Assembly (NCBI RefSeq): GCF_037042905.1
Contig: NC_087251.1
Coordinates: 7,256,001 to 7,320,000 of the forward strand
DNA length: 64,000 bases
Reading direction: 5' to 3'
DNA from: Lytechinus pictus
Lineage: Eukaryota
Below the pieces are notes generated by a model that was not told where the DNA came from, searched no databases, and saw only the letters and a list, made by a program, of their open reading frames with translations. Numbering within the stretch: position 1 is the first letter of the stretch; every line of letters begins with the position of its first letter. Below are positions 1 through 12,200 of this stretch, in pieces. The position numbers were made by a program, and so were the translations under genes.

Positions 1-365
1 AATTTTTAGGCAGCATTTTGACTTTTGACTTCATGTGGATCTCAGCAATGTTTATGAGAGTCAGGAGAATAATGGGTAAGATAGGACTCAAGTAGGTTGA
101 TGGAATAAAGGTCAACATAACATTTAGCCATCCGTTTCTCCATCTCTACCCCCCTCCCACTTCTCTCCTGAAAGACTGAGCTTGGGCAGGAATTAGCCTT
201 CCAGTTTTTTGAGATGTTAGTCCTTTGGAACTTGCAAAGCTAAGGGAGTTATGATAAATTAATGAGTGAGATACGTTTTGGTTTCTTAGGCAAATTTAAT
301 GAGTTACTAAATTGAAATTTGATGCATGAGTGAACAGGAATTGTAATTCTAGCATTTTAAGTTTA

Positions 366-900
366 TCAATTTCTCAGAGCAATACATAAAACAAGATTGC
401 AAAAATGGTGAAAAAATTATAACTTTTACCTTATTTATCATTTAAATGACAAAAAATGCTTAAAATATCATCATATAACATAGTTTTGCATAAACAATTG
501 ATATATTTTCTGACCGAAATATGGGCCTGATTTGCCAAATTTCAATCACGTCAGCTCCTTCGATCAAATGTTGAGGTGTGGTGCATTGTGGGTGATCGTC
601 GACGGAGTTCTCAAGGGAGCCGTCGACGAGCGACGGCGCATTGATAGAACTTGATGAGCATCACGAAAGTGCCATGGAACATGCAGTTAAAAATAACATT
701 AGTTCTAGTTAGAATACACAAATTTATTACCAACATCTGCTCAGATTCGATATAAAAAAAGCAAACAAAAACTTAGAATTTACTCATGATATATGAAGAA
801 AAAATCGCACAAATTCTTTCTTACATCAATATAGGCCTAATGAACGATATCTTTACTCGTCCGGAATCATGATGTAATTCGTCGCGCACGAAAATTGTTT
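366..900. repeat. Dispersed repeat, inverted copy of about 9478-10045
   Basis: e.g. gtgtggtgcattgtgggtgatcgtcgacgg vs ccgtcgatgatcacccacaatacaccacac; cgtccggaatcatgatgt vs acatcatgattccggacg. Confidence 0.8.
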
Positions 901-1463
901 TTTGTGGAGGGGTAATGTTGTAAATCGGATCAAAAATCAGATCGAAAATCGGATCGGCAGTTAAGCTTCTAAAATCGAAATCGAATCAAAAATCGAATCG
1001 GCGATGTTTAAAAACAAAGGAATACATCAAAATGTTGTTCGCGGTCGCGCGCATCTTCCTGACAAAGTCACAAAGACGAATGCATTGGAATGGAAGTCGC
1101 CAACATGCGCGATCATTTGGAACATGTTTTAAAGCCAGGGGTTTTGAGGTGTTATTGCTTTAAAATAAACCGAGTGATTTTTATTAGAAAGATAAACGAA
1201 AGACGCATCTTCCGAGCAAAGGCGCAAAGGAAAATAAAATGAAAATATTTCTCATAGATCACAGGTTAATGAATGATCGGCGGGACATCTTTTAGAAGTA
1301 TTTTTAGGTGCTAGCGATTTAGAATTATTGGAATGATCTCTTACGACGCATCATCTTAAAGTCGCAAGTGCAATTAAAATGAAGTAGAAGACGCAAGCAC
1401 GCACGATGATTTGAAATATGTTATTAAAATGTTTTGGGTAGCTAGCGTTTTCAAATCAATTTG

Positions 1464-2890
1464 AAGTTCACGGCGGGGTCCGCTATCACCACGAGGTTGA
1501 AGAGAAGATATCATAAAGGGGGTAAGAGAGTAGCGCAGTGAGCTCCGTCGGTAATACGACCTTTCAAAGTTCACGGCGGCACCCGCTATCACCACGAGGT
1601 TGAAAATAAAATGTATATCATCATAAACGATGTAAGAGAGTAACTCAATAAGCTCCGTCAATAGTACAGTCTTTAAAGGAGAATGAAACCCTTGGAGCCA
1701 GTTAGCTTTTGTGAAAGCAGAAAAATCAAAGAATAAGATCAACAAAAGTTTGAGTAAAATAGGACTAGCAATAGAAGAGTTATGAGCATTTGAATGTCGA
1801 GATCACTAATGCTATGGAGATCCTCCCATTGGCAATGCGACCAAGATCTATGATGTCACAGATGAACAACTCTCTCCTTTTGGACACTGAAAATATACCC
1901 CAAAACATCTCTTTTTGCTCATTCTAATCATATGACAAACGATTCATCAATGATATAATGTTGTGAAACCTATGTACTTGTCCTCTCATAAAGAGAACAC
2001 CTCACCTTGTGATAGATAAAGTGAGAATATAGGTAAAATAAGTACTAAAGTAATGAGGGAGTTGTACGTGTGTGACATCACAGATCTTGGTCGCATTGCC
2101 AATGGTAGGATCTACATGGCATTAGTGATCTCAATATTCAAATGCTCATAACTTTCTTATTATTCATTCAATCTTCCTCAAACTTTCAACAATATGTTTA
2201 TATCATTGATGAATCGTTTGTCATATATGATTAGAATGAGCAAAAAGAGATGTTTTGGGGTATATTTTCAGTGTCCAAATGGGAGAGTTGTACGTGTGTG
2301 ACATCACAGATCTTGGTCGCATTGCCAATGGGAGGATCTCCATAGCATTAGTGATCTCGACATTCAAATGCTCATAACTCTTTTATTGCTAGTCCTATTT
2401 TTCTCAAAGTTTTGTTGATCTTATTCTTTGATTTTTCTGCTTTCACAAAAGCTAACTTGCTCCAAGAGTTTCATTCTCCTTTAATGATCTTTAGAATGTT
2501 TGCCACAAATTAGTGAAAGATATTTGTTGAAATATTAAAATTGGGATAGTTTTTATTGTTTGAAAACAAAGTGCGTAGCTTTAGGTCCCCCCATCATACA
2601 GTCTTTAAAAGTTTATGGCGGGGTCCGCTATCACCACGAGGTTGAAGAGAAGATTTATATCATTATAAAGGGGGTAAGAGAGTAGCGCAGTGAGCTCCGT
2701 CGGTAATACGACCTTTCAAAGTTCACGGCGGCATCCGCTATCACCACGAGGTTGAAAATAAAATGTATATAGGCCTAATCATAAACGATGTAAGAGAGTA
2801 ACGCAGTGCTAGTGAGCTCCGTCGGTAATATAAGACCTTTCAAAGTTCACGGCGGCATCCGCTATCACCATGAGTTGGAAGAGAAGATAT
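1464..2890 (+). repeat. Tandem repeat of about 103-123 bp (5 units) interrupted by a Kolobok-like MITE
   Basis: aagttcacggcgg..ccgctatcaccacgaggttgaa...gtaagagagta recurs at about 1464, 1567, 2609, 2719 and 2842. Confidence 0.85.
1677..2480. mobile_element. Kolobok-like foldback MITE
   Basis: TTAA|AGGAGAATGAAAC ... GTTTCATTCTCCT|TTAA; inverted arms of roughly 280 bp; AG...CT termini with TTAA TSD. Confidence 0.85.
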
Positions 2891-3309
2891 CTATCCTCTT
2901 AGTCTTATACATCGCCATAGATAATACCGCGTCTTTCTCCCTGAAAAATTAGTAGAACATGTATTGTATTTGTAACGTCGTTAGAAACAAAAATCATACC
3001 ATGATTTTTTAAAAATCTTATCCAAAAAATAGTATTAGTACCGGTATGGCCTAACGTTAGGCTTCATTATAAAAATATTTACCAGTATATTATTATCAAT
3101 ATTAGGCCCTAAATCTACTTACATTGTCAACTCCATGTTCAAGCAGCCGCACGCGTGTTTTGGAATCTTCAATGTGAGGAGCAGCCATGATATGACTGAT
3201 GATGGATGATCGGCCGACTACAACATAGATCTGTGAAACACGTGCTCGAAGATACGCACCAGATCAGAGCAGCGGATCCTTGCTGGGTCTACTACCCGAT
3301 TGAGGCCGG

Positions 3310-5817
3310 TGTAGCGGCGGATTTGGTTCCACCGGCGGATACCGTATCCGCCGGCAGATATCGTTCTTAATGGCCGATATCGTTTTTAATCGGAACCATA
3401 TCCGCCGGGTTTGACGCGGCTTGATGTTTGCAGATTTGGTTCCTCGGCGGATTTGGTTCTATTGATTATACGTGTAATATTGATTTGGACAGACAACCTC
3501 GGCAGCGCGCGCATGCGCGGCTCGGCAATGTCGATCGCAGGGGGGGATTTTCGTCCGCCTTTAGTGAATTTTTATTCAGGGGCGGATCCATACAGCTTTT
3601 GACAAAGGGCTCGATGGGGGTGAGGATTAATAGGAGAAATAATGTCTCGATATGTATTACGTAGACCTAGCTGACACACCATACAACTATGCTATTTATT
3701 ATTATAAGATTTTGATGAAATTTTCATCATTTTGTTTTGTGAATTTTTATACTATTTTCAGTCCGCAGTATGCATCGATCTCTTTAACTGTGCTTTTTCA
3801 CACCATGTTTAGTGTCAGTTTGCCAGACTGTTTGGCGAAAATTTGCACCCCCATATAGGCCTATAGGTTTTTGAAACTACAAATTTTTAGAAAAATTTCA
3901 ACAAGTTAAAATTTTCATATTTCAAATAAATGATTCAAATTAGTGTATGAAAATATTTTTTTTGCTGTTAACTCATATTATTGCTTGTAGAATGCTAATT
4001 TTTGGTGAAAACAAAATTTTTTTATTTCTAACAAACATAAAAGGAATGTCAGAACATGATTAATTTCTTATGTAGTTTATTGAAGGCCTATCTTTAAATT
4101 TTCATGTATTTTTTTTAATTTGTTTTTTTTTTTATTCTTTTTTTTTCAATGTTAAGGAATCTGAATTAATTTATTTGATTTGATTTGATTTATTGTTTTT
4201 TCTGCATCCATGGAACATTCGTATAATACATTTTCCATAACATAATAAACATAATATTATGTTAGCATTTTTGGCATGAATCATAAATAAAGTGTACTAA
4301 AAAAATTATTCCAGACAAAAATGATTAACTAACAAATTATTATATGATATTCACAATTTGCAGGAGAAGGATTGTCATCATAAGCAGATTGCTTGAAGAA
4401 AAATGACAATCCCAAACTAAAACTAATTAAATTAATTTATGCATTTATAAAGCAGAATTGGCATATATATTTTTAAATACGAAACATCAACTCATGCAAT
4501 ATTTTTAGTATGAAGATGAAGATGATAAAGGTGAGGGTGACGGTGATATGATGATGATGATGATGATTGAAGGGGACCGGAAGATCACCCTGACAAAAGT
4601 TAGATACGCCACGTACTGTTTGGTGCTCCCTAATTTACCTCTCAGTCATCAAATTTTAAGATCAATATGGGATCTTTAGTGAAATATAATTTCTCCTTTA
4701 TATCTTTTGTTTCTTTTACTTAACTCCTCCTGGTTTTCATCTCTTTATTTTTTTTGCCTTTCTTTCTGTCCCTGCTCATTTCGCCCCTTTTGCCTCTTTT
4801 CCAGTTTCCTATATCGTTCTTGCACATTATGAATATATCTGGGGCGTATACGCGAGGGTAATATAGCACAAAAAATGAGAAATATAAAGAGGAAGGGGAG
4901 GGAGAGAAAAATAGAAAAAATATACGAGAAAATGTGGAGGAAATAATAATAATACATTGTAATTTCGTAATTCAAGAATTTCATTTGCAGTGATCATTAT
5001 TTATACAAATTTATACAAATACTGATTTTAATTATCGAAACTGCCATTGTTTGTCTTTATTTAATACTCTGTATTAATCATAATTGATGCATATTGTGCC
5101 CAATTTATCCCCAAAATTGTGATAAGAAGGACTTTTCATACTGCAATAAATTAATAGGTATAAAATAAATTAACAAATGCATGTTATTAGACTACAAGCA
5201 TTATCATATCATGGGGTAAATTCTTTGTATACTAGTAGTGCAGTAGACATTGAAAGTTGAATGAAGACTAAATGTGGACTATTTAAAGACCCAGACCAAA
5301 CCCCAAAAGTTGACAAATCAGTCAAATCGAAAGCTATTAATTCAAACTAAAAACAGAAATGCAAGTTTTATGCAGTCATCGCTTACAGCTGAATATTTTG
5401 CTTAAGAATAACTCCAATTATCAGGTTTCGAAAATATACTTTCTTGTAAATATGCTTTCACCGGCCTCGCACCGAGACCGTGACGTCATGTAGTGTTAGA
5501 AGTGGTGTAATTCCCGTAGAGTTGTAACAAGAAAATGGGTTATTTTCCCCTTTCAGATTACGCATTTTATTTCTTCACTTCTATCACATAGAGATATCAT
5601 GAATATATTTTTCTGCAAGCTTTAATTGATGAAATCTACCGCTTTTTGACTAGTTTTCTCGTACCACGTGACGTATGTGAATGAAGGATATCGCAAGAAC
5701 GATATCTTCCGAAGAGAGTGGCCTTTCTTGGTACTGAATCCGCCGGAGGAGAACCATATCCGCCGGCGGATTTGGTGCCTAGAACAGTATCTGCCAGGCG
5801 CAGGATCCGCCGGTACA
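3310..5817. mobile_element. Ginger1-like non-autonomous DNA transposon
   Basis: CCGG|TGTAGCGGCGGAT ... ATCCGCCGGTACA|CCGG; TGT...ACA ends, CCGG TSD, subterminal ggcggatttggttc/gaaccatatccgcc repeats at both ends. Confidence 0.75.
4173..4415 (-). mobile_element. Probable 3' remnant of a CR1/L2-type LINE
   Basis: On the - strand, AATAAA followed by a (TCAAA)n tail, preceded by a stem-loop (ggattgtcat...atgacaatcc). Confidence 0.4.
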
Positions 5818-6258
5818 CCGGCCGCGCCGGGGCCAAGCGCTTGAACTAGCTTCCCGGCTTCGCTAGTGCTCGCACCGGCTCGCACGGTAGTACACCAGAA
5901 AGGGGGAGGGGGCCGGGGCCGTGGGGGGGGGGGGGGAACTCGGAGGCTGGGAATTGGATAGGAAGAGTCCATTATATTAGAGGTTAAAAACTTCCAATGC
6001 AAAATAGGCATCTATTTAAAAGTTATATATTTGATTGATGATAGCAGGTATCTTCGACTGCTTAACTACTAAATGTATCGATTTTGTCATTCTCAAACTA
6101 AGGAGTAATATTGACACTAGTAATGTAGATTATTAAAAAAAAAAAATCATTTTCGCATGGTACAGAACCGTACCGTACCCCATATCAAAGTAATCAATCA
6201 CCTTTCCATTTCCGGACTGATTCCGAGACGCCCTCCGATTGACAGAGCAGAAAGAATA

Positions 6259-6261
6259 ATG
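6259..6261 (+). CDS. AP2S1: AP2S1 probable exon 1 (start codon only)
   Basis: ...gacagagcagaaagaataATG|gtaatt lies in unique sequence after a promoter-like stretch (tttccgga). Exon 2 starts at Ile2 in phase 0, so an ATG-only exon is required, as in vertebrate AP2S1. Other ATG|GT candidates cannot be excluded without RNA data. Confidence 0.6.
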
Positions 6262-9200
6262 GTAATTGTCTTCTTTTGTGGTAGTTTTGGACATTACAAA
6301 ACATAGTTTCTTGTTTGATGTCGGTTAAAGTTATTTTTACATTAATTTTAGTCCAAATTTGATTGCTCTGTTGAAGTATTTGCCAACTTTATTTTCCCCG
6401 ATTTTATTAAATGGCCCCACACGTTCGATTTTGTGTAGCCTACCTAGCCTGGAGGCTTCTGGATCTGGGGAGTAAAAGTCATCTACTATATGTAGGCTTA
6501 CTCAGCCAGGCGGCTTCTAGAGAGTAAAAATCATTTACTAACGTAAGGTTACTCTCATACGAAGCCAGGCCTTCTATCTCATAGACCCACACAAAGCTAG
6601 GAAGCCAAAACCTGAAACTTTCACCCACGAGATTTCTACTTTCCTTCTTCTAAATCTAAGTTCTAAAAAGATCTAGCTCTAAGTACAATAAGAAACAAGA
6701 TGGCGGCGTAAACATCGGGCAAGTCTCTTCCGTCTTTTCACAATATTTTTTCATTTTTTTGATGAATTCTTGTTTTAAAAATAACAACGAGAGCGTAGAA
6801 ATGTCGGAAATGAAGTTTTATCCCATTTACATGATTTAGAGCTAGATCTTGTTTTAGAAGGAAAGTAGGAATCTCGGGGGCGAAAGTTTCAGGGTTTCTT
6901 GCGGTACACGCAGATGAATGGGGAGGACTGCCTGGCTTCGTATGAGAGTAACCTTACGTTAGTAAATGATTTTTACTCTCTAGACATGCTAGAAGCCGCC
7001 TGGCTAGCCGAGGGATCATTCCTCTCTGTAGAGGCTAGGATTTCCCACGGTTACAGTAGATCTAAATCACAGATTGTATAAATCGTTTTGAGCCCGAACT
7101 AAAGTAAATGGGCCAAAACAATATCCCCCCCCCCCCCGAATTAACCCAGGGAGCCCAGGGGCTTGCCGTGTATTTGACCATACTCACGGGACTAGGGTGA
7201 TTTATGGTCTAAATATTTCTCCAAATGAATTGTGAAAACAGAAAGTATACAATTACCACGATTATATGGATGACGGTAAGTTTCCTGACATCTGGGCAAA
7301 GACTGGAACCTCAAAAAACGAAAAGTTCTCTCCTTCTACCCCAGTCTCGATCGGCCATTTTGTTACGATTTTTAACAAAAATGGCCGATCGAGACGGGGG
7401 TAGAAGGCAGTGGCGTAACAGGCGGGGGGGGGGGGGGCAGGGGGGGGCAAGTTGCCCCCCTGGTGGATTTAATCGCGAAAATAAAATAAAAACGGGAAAA
7501 AGAAAAAAAGGAGGGAGAAAGAAAAGGAAAGGTATAGGGAAAAGGGAAAAGAAACGAAGAAAAAACATTTTTTTAATGGAAAAGGAAGGAAAGTGGGAAA
7601 ATGTACGAAAGAACATTTGAGAACAAATCATTCTGAAATACGCCTATGTAATGCAAAAGCACGGTGGGAAATAAATTAAAAGATGACAAAATGGCAAACA
7701 ATAGGGGGAAACGAAGGTAGAATGTAATTAGTCAAAAGCTAAATTGGAAAACAAAGAAAAGGGACAAGAAAAGAAGAAAGAAAGATGGACTGGATACAAC
7801 GTTGTGCTATAAGCTTGCTAAATTTTATGCAAATAAGCTTCCGGGGTCTTGCTCCTGACCCCACGTAGTAAGGGCTCTTCATTTATAACCTTCATATAAC
7901 GCCCCCCGTTCATCCACGTTCAATAACCACTGGCATACCGGCGCGGAGGGGGGGTCTTGGTTCCACACCCAAGAGGAAATAAAATAAATTATAGGAGACA
8001 ACATATAATGAAATTAATGGAACCAATGAAATGTGTTATTTGCTGAATATAATGGAAAAATCTATCACATAATTATAATTTAATTTCAATGGGCAATTTT
8101 TTTCCAGCTCGCTTTGCACACTGGCGACTTTTTATAAATTTTTCCCACATTGCTAAGTTTTGCCCCTCAAAACATTTGGTTCATCACGCAACTGGGTTAA
8201 ATAAATGTGTTGTGTAAAAGCTACATTCTGTATATGCCCGCGATTTGATTAAAATGGCGGCAATCTGCGAGGTTTAAATGGCTTTGATATCAAGAAGTTC
8301 TGGGGGTTCCGCCCCAGACCCCAACCGCACAGTACTGCGTATGGAAGGGTTGGGCCATGGCCCCAAAAATTTTTACAGACAAGAACAAAAACAGGAGGAA
8401 AGAAAATCAAAGGAAAAGTGTAGTATATGATTTAATTTACTGAACTTAATGTGAAAAAATAGCTCAAAGTTAGATTCTCATGAAAAGGTGATTTTTTCTC
8501 GCTCGCTTCGCTTGCTCGGGACTTATAAAAAGCAGCTTTTTAGCACATGTGTTATACTGCGCCCCTCACATTTTTTTGGTTACTCTTCACGCTACTGCCG
8601 CAAAGAATCATGTTCACAGTGGCGTACAGACCACAAAAATGGAATCTAAAGAGAGAAGAGTAAAATATATTATTTTCTGGATATCATGTCAAAATCTATA
8701 ACAAAATTGGATTTTTGTATCAAAAAGCTCATTACACCATTACGCCTGTTCATACCATGATATGACCGGGAAATTTTGGGCTCTTGCCCCCCCTGGCCAC
8801 CGGTAGAAGGAGAGAACTTTTCGTTTTTTTGAGGTTCCAGTCTGTGCCCAGATGTCAGGAAACTGCCACTCGTTAGACCTTCATCCATATAATCGTGGTA
8901 ATTGTATACTTTCTGTTTTCACAATTCATTTGGAGAAATATTTAGACCAAAATCACCCTAGTCCCGTGAGTATGGTCAAATACACGGTAAGCCCCTGGGC
9001 TCCCTGGGTTACCCCCGAATTTGATATTTTTGATTAATTTTTTTCTCAATAAATAGTGTGAAATTTAAAGAAATTTAAGAGCACGAGAGTTCACTTACCC
9101 AGTCTGTTATGGTCGCCATCTTGAAGTCTTTGTTATTGATACCTAGATACCACACGCGTGTATAGCCGCCAACTTAGATTTTAAAAATACTTGCATTGGC

Positions 9201-12200
9201 CGAAAATATTATAAATCGTCAAATACTTGCATCGGTCGATAAATATCATAAACATTGGTTTATGATATTTATCCACCGATGCAAGTATTTGACGATTCGA
9301 TGTATTGTGAACTGGCAGACGTCTTACATGTTCGGGAGGGGTTACGACTGGCTGGCTCAGACCCGTCACCGTGGATAAACCGCACCCCCGACTTTTGCTT
9401 CTATCCCGCCGAGAAAAAGGTGCAGTTAATAGACCGTTACTTACGGTACCCCTCCAGCTCCACAGCCACGAAAAACAATTGTTTTGGTGCGTGACATATA
9501 ACATCATGATTCCGGACGCGCGCCGGACGGGTACAGATATTCTTTGATTTAAATGATGTAAGAAAGAATTGGTGTGATCTTTTCTCTTTATATAGCATAT
9601 CATGAGTAAATTCTAAGTTTTTGTTTGCTTTTTTTTATATCGAATGTGAGCAGATGTTGGTAATAAATTTGTGTTTTCTAACTATTTTTTTTTCTTTTTA
9701 ACTGCATGTTCCGTGGCATTTTCCAATATCATGCTCGTTCATATTGTGACGCTCATCAAGTTTATCCATGCGCTGTCGCTCTAATGACGGTAAACCTCGC
9801 GCACGGTACCTTGAGAACTAGCCGTCGATGATCACCCACAATACACCACACCTAAATATTTAACCGAAGGAGCGGACGAGATTGAAAATCGGCAAATCAG
9901 GCTCATAGTTCCATCAGAAAATATATCAGTTGTTAATGCAAAGCTATGTTATATGATATTTTAAGCATTTTCTGTCATTTTAGAGATAAAATTTTGATTT
10001 TTCCTCGTTTTTGCAATGTTGTTCTATGTTTGCTCTGAAATTGAACTGCGGAAGCCTTACGCAGAGCTGCCAACCATTACGTTTTTGCCGTAATCATTAC
10101 GTTTTTTCATTCAAATTACGGCATTATGGTTTTTCTTTTCAAATTACGTTTTTTGACAATTTTGATAATGTGTGTACATAATTGTATGTATGTGGAGTGC
10201 GTGTTGAGCCCGAGATGAGCCTGGTACTTGCGCGTGCGTAATCGCCCGCCGGCCGGTTTTCCAACGCACTTTAATAATTTGATAGCGTGCACGTACATAT
10301 ACGTTAGTTGAATATGCGAGCGGCATGCATGGTACGAATCGCGATGTATAGCGAATGGTAAATACGTCTGTAAGGATGATGACGTCATCCAAGATGGCAA
10401 CTTACGATGACAAACGAAATGATCGAGGATGATTATGTTTTGATCATCATTTGAAAGGAAATAACAGTAACTGCGGTCTAAGATACGATATTTCTGAATT
10501 TTATATATTTTATCTTAAATTTGCATGTAATTTCTTTCCTATAAAGTGATGTTTTATGTACAAAAAAACGATCCGAAAATCAGATTTCCGCCGAATGTTA
10601 GATCTAACGTTACTGCTAATACGTTGTCTTTACGCACGGGCCAACACTCTTCAGGTGAGTGGAGCCAACGTTTGTTCTTGCAGCGCAGAGCGAGGAGTAC
10701 GATGAATTGGGTAGGGTAATTCCCCAAATGTAGTAAGAGAAGAGTCCATTTGTAATGGAGGGGATTTGGAGGTTTGAGGGAAATTATTATTCCATCTGCA
10801 AAATTTTACAAAAATACTCATCATATATATTAAAGATTGAATCATCAAAAGATATTTTTCATATACTTTAAAATTAATTGTAGTGATAAAGAAATGAAAT
10901 TTTGAGGCTATTTTCTTGAATTGATTAATATCAATTCCCTTTGGATAACGGTACTGTCTGGTTAATTTTCATCAACTCGTATCAAACAAATACGATGAAT
11001 TCGGCTTTGAAAAGACCTGGAAAGCTCTTCATTGTCCCCTGAAGTAATAATTCTGGGTGATATTCAACATTTATTGATAGTTTCACATGATTTAAACTAG
11101 AGAGATGTCCTACTGCCTTTGGAATTCATTAAAAAAGTCGGCACTTTAGCATTCAGTTTAGCAGAAATGGGAAGATTTTGTTCCCCGGTTCTGGCGGCCT
11201 AGATGTCTGCTCTATAGTGCTGTCACTGCTGGGGATGATTGAGTGTGCGTGCAGTGTGATTGAGGCTGAGCTGTGCACATCGTGAAGTGATTTACGATGG
11301 GACTTTTGTGGAATGATTTCAACTTCTTAATCTTATCTATAGATCTATTTGAATTTTAGATTAGATTGATTTGTGTATGAATAATTTTTCTATATTTGTG
11401 GAATGTTACATGTACACTTCCATTTTATGACACTTTAATTTTAAAGGGTACTGTTTGGCAAAAACAATGTTACTTGGGAAGAGAAGTCTGAATTGATGTC
11501 AACTTTTTTTTTTATTTATCTTAGTCTACAATTTGGTAGTTTTGTCAGGAAACTCAACATAAAACAATTAATTATTTTAGAAGTGGAAAGAAAGCCCCAG
11601 AAAAATGGAGCCCTAAAAATGTTCACCAGAACTGATTTTGGTGCCCCTGAAAGAATTTTTTCTCGACAGATCTTCACTTTGATAAGTGCCGGAGTAGGTT
11701 GCACTACAAAATGAAAGGCCTAGCTACTTGTCATTTTTAGAAAAATTTGCCTAGGTGCCCATTTGACTAGAATAAAAGTGGCCTTCATGCCCTTTAGAAT
11801 GGCCTTGATACCCCTTGAAATTTTGGGGCATTCAAGGCCACTTTGCCGGTTGCCCCAAGCTGAAAGTGCCCATTTAAAAATGGCCTTGCCCCTCTCAATT
11901 TTTAATTCAAGCCCTGCTACTGACTTAATTAAAGTTGGTAGATTATATCAAACGGCCCAAGACTAAGGGTCCAATTTGTAACACTCCGTTACTTAGCCCA
12001 GACTAGGCCTAGAGATTAACTTTTTTTTAATTGTTCACTGCATACATACTTTTTGCATTGGATGTTTGTCGCGTGTGGTTTTAAGGTTCGTTTTAACACA
12101 TTCCTTTTTTTTGTTGGAAATTCCTTTTTTTGGCCATAATGATTCCTTTTTTTGCTTGCACAAGGTTGGCAGCTCTGCTTACGGTACGAAATTGTTTTCG

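Noticed and set aside
6696..6712. aagATGgcggcg as the AP2S1 start codon
   Set aside because: The ATG is not followed by a GT donor, and it lies inside a repeat also present inverted at about 12653.
7225..7631. Lys/Arg/Gly-rich and Phe-rich ORFs (also 46237-46560)
   Set aside because: Low-complexity purine tract at the end of a non-autonomous hAT-like element.
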